Of a stretch of 37,909 nt of DNA, positions 25,638 through 34,359 are shown in pieces. Each line of letters starts with the position of its first letter. Position 1 is the stretch's first letter. Source of the stretch: Deltaproteobacteria bacterium UBA6930 (lineage in GTDB: Bacteria; Myxococcota_A; UBA9160; UBA6930); the NCBI GenBank assembly GCA_002450755.1, contig DKAI01000192.1:1-37909 (forward strand), read 5' to 3'. The notes beneath the pieces are model-generated. The model saw only the letters and a list, made by a program, of their open reading frames with translations, searched no databases and was not told the origin of the DNA. Made by a program: the position numbers and the translations under genes.

Positions 25638-25717
25638 ATTTTCAAATACTCCTTTCCTGCAGCAGGTGGAGATAAAAAGCAGGGGCATTTAAAGCTAACT
25701 GCGATCAAGCATGCGCT

Positions 25718-26533
25718 TTAAGAGCCTTTGAATGTAGGTTCTCTTTTCTCGATGAAAGCCTTTACAGCCTCACGATGATCTTCGCTATTTGCGCTTTCAA
25801 TTAAGCCTTTAGCTTCTTGAACCAAGCTTGAATCTAAATTCCCGTTGAGAGCAGTTAAGAAATTCTTTTTCATTCGTTCCATTGCTCGGGTCGGTCCCTG
25901 CGCGAGAGTTGTGGCCCACGCCATCGCCTCGTCCTGAAGACTCTCATCGGAAACGACGCGGTTAACAAGCCCCAACGATTCACATTGTTCAATGGGAATT
26001 CGTTCACCTGAAAAGAACAACTCTCGTGCTTTCGCTGGACCTACAAGTTGCTGCATAAAATAGGTAGCTCCGTAGTCTCCCGAAAGTCCGATCCTTACGT
26101 AACCAGTAGCCATAAAAGCCGAGGTGCCTGCAATCCTGAGGTCACACGCCAACGCAATCCCAAGTCCTGCCCCTGCAGCCGGACCAGGTAACGCTGCTAA
26201 AGTTGGGATAGGCAGTTCATGAATAGCTCCTGAGAGAGTCCGCTGCCCTTCTAGTAAGGTTGCGATTTTCTCCTCAGCAGTTTTTTCTCCGCCGAGCCTT
26301 CTCCCCATACTCTTGATATCCCCACCTGCGCAGAAAGCTTTTCCGGCACCAGTCAAGAGCAAACAACGAATTCGGTCATCAGAAGAACAAGCAGCGACCA
26401 TCTCCCTTAACGCCGGCGTGAGTTCCTCCGATAGAGCGTTACGCGCCTCAGGGCGATTCAATGTAACCTTGAGAACACCAAGCTCAAGTTCCGCAAGAAC
26501 CTGAGAAGTACCTGTCTCTAATTTTTCAACCAT
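25718..26533 (-). CDS. Enoyl-CoA hydratase/isomerase (crotonase) family, PaaG-like
   Basis: 'LNRPEARNAL', 'AFCAGGD', 'GPAAGAG..IALACDLR', 'GLSGDYG', 'AFIEKREPTFKG'. Confidence 0.9.
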   Translation of the reverse strand: MVEKLETGTSQVLAELELGVLKVTLNRPEARNALSEELTPALREMVAACSSDDRIRCLLLTGAGKAFCAGGDIKSMGRRLGGEKTAEEKIATLLEGQRTLSGAIHELPIPTLAALPGPAAGAGLGIALACDLRIAGTSAFMATGYVRIGLSGDYGATYFMQQLVGPAKARELFFSGERIPIEQCESLGLVNRVVSDESLQDEAMAWATTLAQGPTRAMERMKKNFLTALNGNLDSSLVQEAKGLIESANSEDHREAVKAFIEKREPTFKGS

Positions 26534-26637
26534 CTGAATCTCCTTACTAGGCTTCTAAAGTCATCAGAAAATAATTACCAAATCAACCAAAAGTGAACTA
26601 CATAATAAAGCAGAAAACAAATTTTGGAGAAGTCAAC

Positions 26638-27132
26638 ATGACCGTAGCAGTTAACGGAATCGCCCATATCAACCTAACTGTGAGAAATCCGGATAAATGC
26701 CTACCTTTCTGGAAGACACTTCTCAATTTTTTGGAAATGAAAACCCTCCTAGAATCCAGCGACGCGATTTACTGCATTGGCAGTAGAACAGGAGTTCTTG
26801 TAAGTGCTGCTCCCGAAGACAAAAGAGACCGACCTTTTGACCAGGAGCGCCCAGGCCTGCACCATTTTTGCTTTCGGGCCAGAAGCAATAAAGATGTGGA
26901 TTCCATTTATCGATTTGTCAAAGAAGAACTTAATCCCGTTTTCATTCACGGCCCGGAAGAGGGGTCACGTTTTGCGCCAGGGTACTACTCGATTTTATTC
27001 GAAGATCCAGATGGAATTCGCGTAGAAGTAAATCATGTCCCTGGACGTGGCCACTTGGGCGAAGGAGGCCGCCTCGGCCCCGAAGGGAAGGGTCCCGCGA
27101 GTAGCTACGGGGACCAGGGCCTCACAAGTTAG
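26638..27132 (+). CDS. VOC (glyoxalase/bleomycin resistance) family protein
   Basis: 'GIAHINLTV', 'GLHHFCFRA', 'GYYSILFEDPDGIRVEV'; start moved to ATG 26638 (GGAG SD). Confidence 0.88.
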   Translation: MTVAVNGIAHINLTVRNPDKCLPFWKTLLNFLEMKTLLESSDAIYCIGSRTGVLVSAAPEDKRDRPFDQERPGLHHFCFRARSNKDVDSIYRFVKEELNPVFIHGPEEGSRFAPGYYSILFEDPDGIRVEVNHVPGRGHLGEGGRLGPEGKGPASSYGDQGLTS

Positions 27133-27134
27133 GC

Positions 27135-27773
27135 TTACCTCTCACAGTCTTCCTTCTCGCCCCACATATCAAAATATGTTACTTCCTCGGCAGGTACCCT
27201 ACGGACCGGACCAAAACGCCCCTGTGGAAACCCTATAGGAATCATCGCTACCACCCCAAATTCTTCGGGAATATTAAAACGGGCATGCATTTTCTCCTCA
27301 AACATTTGGTGCATCGTCGTAAGTGTCGCACCCAATCCGAGGGCCCTACAAGCCAACAAGATATTTTGAATAGCCGGATATATCGATCCGTACGATGGTG
27401 GCGCTAAGCCTACTCTGTCTTTTTCCGCAACGGCAAAAGGCCAATCGCGCTTCGCACAGGCAAGAACTACAACGGGAGTGTCGGCAAAGTGATCTATCTG
27501 ATACTGAACTGATTTTATTAGGCGCCCATATGACGAATCATCCGATGCTTTAAGCCTTCCGAATCGATCTTTCATCGCCTCCTCATAATGTACTGCTAAC
27601 CACTCTTTCGCTGACTTATCTTGCACTGCCAAGAAACGCCAGGCTTGCGTATTTTGTCCACTAGGCGCGTGCACCGCTGCGTCGAGAACTTTTCTTAATA
27701 ATTCGAGAGGGACTGGATCCTTTTTTAACCTTCGCATAGATCTCATATTCTTAATAACTTCGAAGAATTCCAT
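27135..27773 (-). CDS. Nitroreductase family flavoprotein
   Basis: 'RSMRRLKKDPVP', 'APSGQNTQAWRF', 'SIYPAIQNILLACRALGLG', 'IPIGFP'. Confidence 0.9.
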   Translation of the reverse strand: MEFFEVIKNMRSMRRLKKDPVPLELLRKVLDAAVHAPSGQNTQAWRFLAVQDKSAKEWLAVHYEEAMKDRFGRLKASDDSSYGRLIKSVQYQIDHFADTPVVVLACAKRDWPFAVAEKDRVGLAPPSYGSIYPAIQNILLACRALGLGATLTTMHQMFEEKMHARFNIPEEFGVVAMIPIGFPQGRFGPVRRVPAEEVTYFDMWGEKEDCER

Positions 27774-27780
27774 TATCTCT

Positions 27781-28998
27781 TTACCTCTCTATGAATTGTG
27801 ACATAAGTGGTTCAACGCTCATACCTTCCGGAACATTAGATTTTCCGATACTTCGATCGAGCTCTTCATGCCAATGATAAATGCGCCGTTCTTGATAATT
27901 CAAAGCTACTCCTTTAAAACCGGGCGTACTAATCGACTTCTGCATGGGCATCGCGAACGAAGTATCTTCTTCTAAAATTTTATCAAAGTTATTAATTCGT
28001 TCGGACCAGATTTTCGGACGAGGTCCGTCACCCCAAGAAGGAGCGAACCAGACTACGTCCATAAGAGAATTTGCGATATCTACCGGCCAAACGAGAACCG
28101 CTCCCACTCCTGTCGCCTGAATCGGAAGAACAAAATTCGGAAATACCGTATAGCTAGGCAGAAATTCACGCTCGATTCGTGTAGTAGTCGACATTTCTGG
28201 TAAACCGATAGTTCCCGGATCAACCCACCCTTTCCGACGATGAGGACTAAGCATCATTGAATGCCCCCTTTCCCACAGATGGACCGCAGTTTTCTTTTGG
28301 CTAAAAATTCGATCTGTGGTGCTTGGATGGAGAAGCCTAAAGTGGTAAACCTCCAAGAAATTCTCTATCAAAACTTTATAGTTACATGGAACCGATTGCG
28401 TATGCTGATGAATCAAGCGGAGGCTTTTAAGAGGGAGATGATCAAAGAAGCGTGAAATTGGGTTTAAAAAATCAGCTAGTGGTTCGGCATTGTTATTTTC
28501 ATTAACGAAAATCCAATTCCCGTAAATTTCACACCGAACCTGAACCAGGTTTCTACACGATCGATCAAAATTAGAAAAATCTCTAACATCAGGAAACGCT
28601 TTCAATTTTCCATCACGATCGTACGTCCAACCATGGTATCCACATGCAAAAGTTTTACCTAAGGTTCCGGATTTTTTTCTGACGATCGCAGAACCTCGAT
28701 GTCGACAAGTGTTGTAGAAAGCTACGATGTTCCCAGAATCGTTGCGAAGAATAATAATTTCTGAACCTGTCTTATCCCAAATAAAAAAACTTCCCTGTTC
28801 AGGGAGTTGGTCAAGATGTCCGGCGTAAAGCCAATTCTTTTTCCAAAGACCTTCTACTTCTGCATCAAAAAACAATGGATCTGAATATCTCTTACTGGGC
28901 AAATCAGGAAGATCCGGAAAATTTTTCGGATAGTTACTACGGGAGCCTTCAAATTCTGTTTCCTGAATCCAGCTATCGATGCGTTTTTGATCAAGCAA
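27781..28998 (-). CDS. Rieske non-heme iron oxygenase alpha subunit
   Basis: Rieske 'CRHRG...CGYHGW', mononuclear Fe 'ENFLEVYH...LH' and 'ILEED'; TTG start with GGAGGAG SD. Confidence 0.92.
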   Translation of the reverse strand: MLDQKRIDSWIQETEFEGSRSNYPKNFPDLPDLPSKRYSDPLFFDAEVEGLWKKNWLYAGHLDQLPEQGSFFIWDKTGSEIIILRNDSGNIVAFYNTCRHRGSAIVRKKSGTLGKTFACGYHGWTYDRDGKLKAFPDVRDFSNFDRSCRNLVQVRCEIYGNWIFVNENNNAEPLADFLNPISRFFDHLPLKSLRLIHQHTQSVPCNYKVLIENFLEVYHFRLLHPSTTDRIFSQKKTAVHLWERGHSMMLSPHRRKGWVDPGTIGLPEMSTTTRIEREFLPSYTVFPNFVLPIQATGVGAVLVWPVDIANSLMDVVWFAPSWGDGPRPKIWSERINNFDKILEEDTSFAMPMQKSISTPGFKGVALNYQERRIYHWHEELDRSIGKSNVPEGMSVEPLMSQFIER

Positions 28999-29121
28999 CT
29001 TTAACTCCTCCGCTTTTGACTTAGGGTGCTACTACAGAATCTAAACAGGTAATAGCCAGTTAGGAATCGTGAAAAAAACTTCTCCTTTTATGTCCCCGAT
29101 GTTCCGGCGTTATGCGGGCCT

Positions 29122-29916
29122 TCACTCCAGATTATTTTCAAAAAGAAAATCTTTAATACCCTGGCTAACCCCTTTGGGGTCGAGGTTAGGCTCCATGTCC
29201 ATCCCCTTTACTTCGATCGCTTTCGCCTGAGGCATCGTTGCTGCAGTGTTCTGATGTCCTGGGTACAGAACGTCATCGGGTGCGCACATAAGAAGCGTCG
29301 GGCATTCGATCTTCGGAAGGAAGTTACGAACCGGGTAGTCCCAAACACAGCGAAAGATCATGTCCCGAACCCTCCAGTTGCGCAATGCTCCCGTGAACTC
29401 CTCATGCATGTTTCCCAGGTCGAGCTTGCCGCCGATGTCGTAAACGTAGTCCCAGGTTTCTTTAACGTAGTTAGTGTCGAAACTGGGGGCGGCGGATCCG
29501 CCAAACTCGGCCTTGAATTGCGTGGTCTGTTCCTCAGAGAAAAGCAAAGCGCCGATCATGATACAGGACAAAACGCGGTCGGGATGGAGAGAGGAAATTT
29601 CCGCTGACATCCCGGCTCCGGTGTGGCTGCCACAGAGATGGAATTTCTCGAAGCCAAGCGCGTCTATGAAATCCATGGTGTAGCCGGTAAGTGCACTGAT
29701 CGAATCGAAAGAGGGTGGATCGAACGAGCCTCCAAAACCGGGCAGATCCAAGGCAATGCAGTGATACTGATCAACGAGCATCTGAAGAGTAGGTTCGAAG
29801 GCCTTCGCGCTGCTCACGTTCTGATGCAAAAAAAGGATCGGTGGCTTCTCCTGGGGGCCTCCGTAGTAGTAGTGCATCTGGCCACTCGGTGTATCCGCGT
29901 AAGCTTTCTTGATCAT
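29122..29916 (-). CDS. Alpha/beta-hydrolase-fold protein with non-canonical catalytic residues
   Basis: 'ILFLHQ', 'ALDLPGFGGS', elbow 'GSHTG', 'HPDRV', 'CPTLLMCAPDD'; GGAGG SD. Confidence 0.85.
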   Translation of the reverse strand: MIKKAYADTPSGQMHYYYGGPQEKPPILFLHQNVSSAKAFEPTLQMLVDQYHCIALDLPGFGGSFDPPSFDSISALTGYTMDFIDALGFEKFHLCGSHTGAGMSAEISSLHPDRVLSCIMIGALLFSEEQTTQFKAEFGGSAAPSFDTNYVKETWDYVYDIGGKLDLGNMHEEFTGALRNWRVRDMIFRCVWDYPVRNFLPKIECPTLLMCAPDDVLYPGHQNTAATMPQAKAIEVKGMDMEPNLDPKGVSQGIKDFLFENNLE

Positions 29917-29951
29917 TTGCTGTCCTCCTAGGCCAACCCTCTTCGATCTCT

Positions 29952-30332
29952 TTAATTCGAGCCCAATCGTCCTCCCGGGACGATTAGTTCTATCACATTA
30001 CCATCAGGATCTTTGGTAAATAACTGACCCACCTCTTTCCCAAACGCTTTGACCTTCAAACCATGACTACGGAGAGTTTCGACCGCGCCGTCATAATCGC
30101 CAATCTGAAAAGCTGAGTGATTAGCAAGAGCCGTTACCTTATTTGAAGATGAATCCTTCGGATCGGACAACTCAATAAGATGAACCTGCGTCTCGCCAGA
30201 AGCGTACCAAGCGCCGGGAAATGGAAAGTCGGGCCGTTCTATTTCCTTGAGACCGAGTATATCACCGTAAAAATGTCGTGATTTCTCAAGATCTCGCACG
30301 GTGAATGAGAAATGATGACCTCGTATGACCAT
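29952..30332 (-). CDS. VOC (glyoxalase-like) family protein
   Basis: 'HHFSFTVRDLEKSRHFYGDILGL', 'QVHLIE', 'HSAF', 'KDPDGNVIEL'; start 30332 preferred over 30344 (GGAGG SD). Confidence 0.88.
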   Translation of the reverse strand: MVIRGHHFSFTVRDLEKSRHFYGDILGLKEIERPDFPFPGAWYASGETQVHLIELSDPKDSSSNKVTALANHSAFQIGDYDGAVETLRSHGLKVKAFGKEVGQLFTKDPDGNVIELIVPGGRLGSN

Positions 30333-30388
30333 GATGTCCTCCATTAGATAAATTTTACTGCAATTTCTCTTTTATGTGACCCTCTTCC

Positions 30389-31945
30389 CTAAGGTCGATA
30401 GCCAAACTTGGGACTTCCAGTCCTTAAGGAACCAAAAACTAAATTAACCCAATCACATAAGACCCTTCGGGTCTCGCGAGGATCGATCACGTCATCAATC
30501 TCAAAATATTCTGCTGCTCTAAACGGCGACCGATAACGGTCCAGTCTCTTGCGGATGAGTTCTAGTTCGCTCTGGTATTGATCCTCATTCAAACCTTCCA
30601 GCTCTCTACGGTAGGCCACCTCAATACCTCCCTCGACTGGAAGACTGTGCCAATCCCCAGAAGGCCAAGACCATCGAGGGTGGGTAGAACCTGGCTTTGA
30701 ATTTGATGCACCAGCGACGCCAAAGGCTTTACGAATAACGACGCAAGAAAAAGGACTCGTCAGTTGACCGAGGGCAGCCAGAGCTCTGGAGCCGTGACGT
30801 ATTGTTGCCTCATCCTCCGACTTTTTACCTATAAGAAAACCTGGGCAATCCTCGAGATGCACTACAGGAAGATGAAAAGTTGATGCTAGATCGAGGAGAC
30901 GAACAATTTTTTGACTAGCATCGGCAGTCCATGCACCTCCATACACGTAGGGATCTTCTGCAAAAAGGGCAATCGGAAAACCATCTAACCGAGCAAGTCC
31001 TGTAACAACCGAGCGCCCCCAAGTAGAACCGATCTCGAAGAAGGAGTCCAGATCAAAAATGGAATGAACAATTGTTCGCATTTTATAAACTTGCCTTGGG
31101 TTACGCGGAATTATTTCCAGAAGCTTTTCTTCCTTGCGGCTCGGATCGTCCGACGTTTCTACCCGTGGAGGAATCTCATGAACATTCCTAGGCAAATAAG
31201 AGAGAAACTTTCGAGCTCTACGGAAAGCTTCCTCTTCGCTTTCAACCACATCATCAATTGCGCCATTACGTGTATGAACCTTCGCATGCCCGAGTTCCTC
31301 TTTTGAAACTTCCCGTTGTCCGGCCTTTTCAACAAGAGCTGGTCCTGCGATCATCATTTGCGCCGTGTCTTCTACAATTAATGAGTAATGGCTAGTAACG
31401 ACCCTAGCGGCGCCGAGTCCCGCGACCGAACCTAGGGCCAAAGCTACGGAAGGAGCAATCGACAGATGCTCCACCACAGTCTCCCAGCCAGCCATTTGAG
31501 GAATCATCGTCCGGCCGTACTTTTCAATCATTTTGACCGAGCCTCCACCACCCATACCATCTACTAATCGGATGTGAGGAAGCGCAAGTTCTACCGCTAG
31601 ACGTTCCGAGAATTGCCGTTTTGCCGGAATCTGAGCTTCATTGGAACCTCCGCGAACCGTAAAATCATCGCCGGAAACCATTACAGGACGATCGTCGATC
31701 GACGCGACGCCGCACACGAAATTTGCTGGAAGCAGGCCCTGCAGTACTCCGGATTCATCGTACTCCCCAACTCCTGCCGTGGCACCGGATTCCCGAAAGG
31801 TTCCAGGATCCGCTATTCGATCAATCCTTTGGCGAATAGTGAGTTTTCCCGCACTTTTTTGGCGTTCTACCCTCTCCGCCCCACCCAGCTCACGAGCAAA
31901 GGCTCGACGCTTTTCCAGTTCTCCAATTTCTTCTTTCCAGCTCAT
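30389..31945 (-). CDS. Acyl-CoA carboxylase carboxyltransferase (beta-subunit family)
   Basis: 'GG.ERVERQ..AGKLTIRQRI', 'DDFTVRGGS', 'KEELG...H..NG', 'DCPGFLIG', 'RKAFG', 'DDVIDPRETR'; start moved to ATG 31945. Confidence 0.9.
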   Translation of the reverse strand: MSWKEEIGELEKRRAFARELGGAERVERQKSAGKLTIRQRIDRIADPGTFRESGATAGVGEYDESGVLQGLLPANFVCGVASIDDRPVMVSGDDFTVRGGSNEAQIPAKRQFSERLAVELALPHIRLVDGMGGGGSVKMIEKYGRTMIPQMAGWETVVEHLSIAPSVALALGSVAGLGAARVVTSHYSLIVEDTAQMMIAGPALVEKAGQREVSKEELGHAKVHTRNGAIDDVVESEEEAFRRARKFLSYLPRNVHEIPPRVETSDDPSRKEEKLLEIIPRNPRQVYKMRTIVHSIFDLDSFFEIGSTWGRSVVTGLARLDGFPIALFAEDPYVYGGAWTADASQKIVRLLDLASTFHLPVVHLEDCPGFLIGKKSEDEATIRHGSRALAALGQLTSPFSCVVIRKAFGVAGASNSKPGSTHPRWSWPSGDWHSLPVEGGIEVAYRRELEGLNEDQYQSELELIRKRLDRYRSPFRAAEYFEIDDVIDPRETRRVLCDWVNLVFGSLRTGSPKFGYRP

Positions 31946-32052
31946 ATATTTCCCTCGTCTTGACCCTAGGGTATCCCAGTTCGGCATGATCGAGGTATCG
32001 TGGGAATTACTGATTAACACCAGATGGTAGGATAGAATAGAAAGGACTCCTC

Positions 32053-32463
32053 TTGAGCCACTACTCCCAACGGATGAGGATCGGCTTCATGGATACCGAC
32101 CTGAGCGGACGCATCCATTACACGGCTGCAATGCGCTTCTTTGAAGCGGCCGAACATGCTCTCATGAGGGGAGTCATGGACTCTGTGGATGAAGCGCGAC
32201 CTCTACTTCCCAGAGTACATGTCGAAGCAGATTACGAGGCTGTGCTTTCGTGGGAAGACGAAATCGACTGTACAGTTCGAGTGGCTTCTGTGGGCCGAAC
32301 TTCAATCACCTATTATTATGAGATTACCAGGGTAGAAGATCAGGCCTTGGCTGTGAAAGGGAAGATCGTTGCCGTCGCGATCAATGACGAGGGAAAGTCA
32401 ATTCCGCTCTCCCGTTCAATTCGTACCGCTCTTAGCCAAGACAAATTCATCGGAATTGCTTAA
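32053..32463 (+). CDS. Hotdog-fold acyl-CoA thioesterase (4HBT/YbgC family)
   Basis: 'DTDLSGRIHY...RFFEAA', 'VGRTSITY'; TTG start; TGnTAGGAT extended -10-like element at 32025-32033. Confidence 0.85.
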   Translation: MSHYSQRMRIGFMDTDLSGRIHYTAAMRFFEAAEHALMRGVMDSVDEARPLLPRVHVEADYEAVLSWEDEIDCTVRVASVGRTSITYYYEITRVEDQALAVKGKIVAVAINDEGKSIPLSRSIRTALSQDKFIGIA

Positions 32464-32492
32464 TTACCAACCTGAATAAATATGGAGGAATC

Positions 32493-33380
32493 ATGAAAGT
32501 AGGATTTATCGGAACCGGTCACATGGGAGAACCAATGGCCGCAAATGTTTTAGCAGCCGAAAAGAGCCTTTTTGTCCATGACTCGAATAGGAAAGCTACA
32601 AGCAATCTTGAAGCATCGGGTGCAGACTGGTGCGAGAGTCTCGCTGAAGTTGCAAGCTCATCTGAAGTCATCCTTCTATCGCTCCCGGGCCCTCGTGAGG
32701 TGGAAGCGGTCGGATACGAGCTTATTAATTCAATGTCTTCCGGGCAAACACTCGTCGATATGAGCACAAACTCTCCAACATTGGTTAAGCGAATTGCCAA
32801 GGATGCTGAAGACAAAGGTATAGGATTTCTCGATGCGCCTGTGAGTGGAGGAGTACGGCGCGCTCGTGAAGGTGCGCTCGCTATCATGGTCGGAGGGAAA
32901 GACGAACTGTTTAAAAAAATCGAACCGCTTTTCGATAAAATTGGTAACAACGTGTTTCACGTTGGAGATGTTGGGGCTGGGAGTGTCGCAAAACTCGTAA
33001 ACAACATGCTTGCCTTCGCGATTATGATGTCGAATAACGAAGCTTTAATACTTGGAGCAAAGGCTGGCGTCGATCCAAACGTGTTATTTAACGTGATCCG
33101 AACGAGTAGTGGAAACAGCATGGTCTGGGAAGGCGGTGCAAGGGCCATACTAAGAGATCGCCTGAAGCCGAACTTCACCGTTGACTTGGCATGCAAAGAT
33201 ATAGGCCTAGCGATGGACCTCGCGGAGGAACTAGATATTGACCTTCCCATGGTATCTAATGCTCAAACCTTGCTGAATCATTATCAGGCCAATGGATTCG
33301 CCCAGGAAGATATCCTTGGCACGGTTAAAGCCCTTGAAGAAGCTTCCGACGTTACCGTTCGCGGAACGTGGGACGAGTAG
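32493..33380 (+). CDS. NAD(P)-dependent beta-hydroxyacid dehydrogenase (3-hydroxyisobutyrate dehydrogenase family)
   Basis: 'VGFIGTGHMG.PMA', 'DMST', 'FLDAPVSGG', 'GAGSVAKLVNN', 'KDIGLA'. Confidence 0.9.
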   Translation: MKVGFIGTGHMGEPMAANVLAAEKSLFVHDSNRKATSNLEASGADWCESLAEVASSSEVILLSLPGPREVEAVGYELINSMSSGQTLVDMSTNSPTLVKRIAKDAEDKGIGFLDAPVSGGVRRAREGALAIMVGGKDELFKKIEPLFDKIGNNVFHVGDVGAGSVAKLVNNMLAFAIMMSNNEALILGAKAGVDPNVLFNVIRTSSGNSMVWEGGARAILRDRLKPNFTVDLACKDIGLAMDLAEELDIDLPMVSNAQTLLNHYQANGFAQEDILGTVKALEEASDVTVRGTWDE

Positions 33381-33390
33381 GAGAGGAAAT

Positions 33391-34065
33391 ATGGATTTTG
33401 ATGAAGTCGTTCGGACCACCTTTACATGTCGGGAATTTACTGGAGAGTCTATTCCTGAGAAGGATCTTGAAAAGCTCCTAGAACAAGCCCGATTTGCACC
33501 TAGTGGCGGAAATCGACAAGGATGGCATGTCATTGCAGTGCGCGATCCCAAGTTACGTCAGCAATTTTCAAAATGGATCCGCCCGACATTTCAGTTGTAC
33601 CTTGCGCAACAACAAGCAGGCGAAAGCCCTTGGAATTCCATTATCCCAACCCGTGTAACTGCTGAAGAGGCAAAGAAGATCGATTTTTCGTTTCCCCTTT
33701 TAGACAGCATTGAGACTGTGCCCGTAATCCTTGTGGTAGCGCTAGACCTGTCGTTGGTCGCTTCATTCGACAAGGACCATGAGAGAGTCGGTGTGATAAG
33801 CGGAGCATCTATTTACCCTTTCGTCTGGAATCTCCTTCTTGCTGCTCGAAATTCGGGCTATGGTGGGGCGCTAACTACCTTTCTCGTAGCGGGGGAAAGC
33901 GAAGTGCAAGAAGCTCTAAATTTACCTTCTCATTTTTCTATAGCTGCCATGGTTCCACTAGGACGACCCAAGAAGCAACTCACAAAGCTTAAGAGAAAAC
34001 CCGTTGCAGAGTTTGCAACTTGGGACACCCTCGACGGGACACCAATCGGGAAACTGGAGTCTTAA
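33391..34065 (+). CDS. Nitroreductase family flavoprotein
   Basis: 'ARFAPSGGNRQGW', 'GASIYPFVWNLLLAARNSGYGG', 'VPLGRP'; start moved to ATG 33391 (GAGG SD). Confidence 0.88.
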   Translation: MDFDEVVRTTFTCREFTGESIPEKDLEKLLEQARFAPSGGNRQGWHVIAVRDPKLRQQFSKWIRPTFQLYLAQQQAGESPWNSIIPTRVTAEEAKKIDFSFPLLDSIETVPVILVVALDLSLVASFDKDHERVGVISGASIYPFVWNLLLAARNSGYGGALTTFLVAGESEVQEALNLPSHFSIAAMVPLGRPKKQLTKLKRKPVAEFATWDTLDGTPIGKLES

Positions 34066-34353
34066 ATGCCAGCCTATATCATTGCCAGAGTAGACGTTAC
34101 AAATCCCGAAAAATATAAAAATTATCAAGCACTAAGTCCTGGTGCCATTGAAAAAGCTGGTGGGCGCTTTTTAGTCAGAGGGGGGGAAACCTTCACACTA
34201 GAGGGAGAAGAAGAGAATCGCAGAATCGTAGTTTTGGAGTTCGATACTACTGCGCAAGCCCAGGCATTTTATGATTCCGAAGAATACAAAAATGCGAAAA
34301 AAGAACGTAAAGGTGCAGCGGAAGCTCAGTTCATCGTTGTCAATGGCGTTTAG
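34066..34353 (+). CDS. DUF1330 domain-containing protein
   Basis: 'MPAYIIA', 'GGRFLVRGG...LEG', 'RIVVLEF', 'AQAFYDSEEY..AK..R'. Confidence 0.9.
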   Translation: MPAYIIARVDVTNPEKYKNYQALSPGAIEKAGGRFLVRGGETFTLEGEEENRRIVVLEFDTTAQAQAFYDSEEYKNAKKERKGAAEAQFIVVNGV

Positions 34354-34359
34354 GCTCCT

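Noticed and set aside
3340-29026. Recurring CTTAGGG/CCCTAAG in spacers (3341, 9309, 14994, 15015, 29020)
   Set aside because: Two copies are explained as SD sequences and others also occur inside CDS; only the 21-bp-phased pair is kept as a finding
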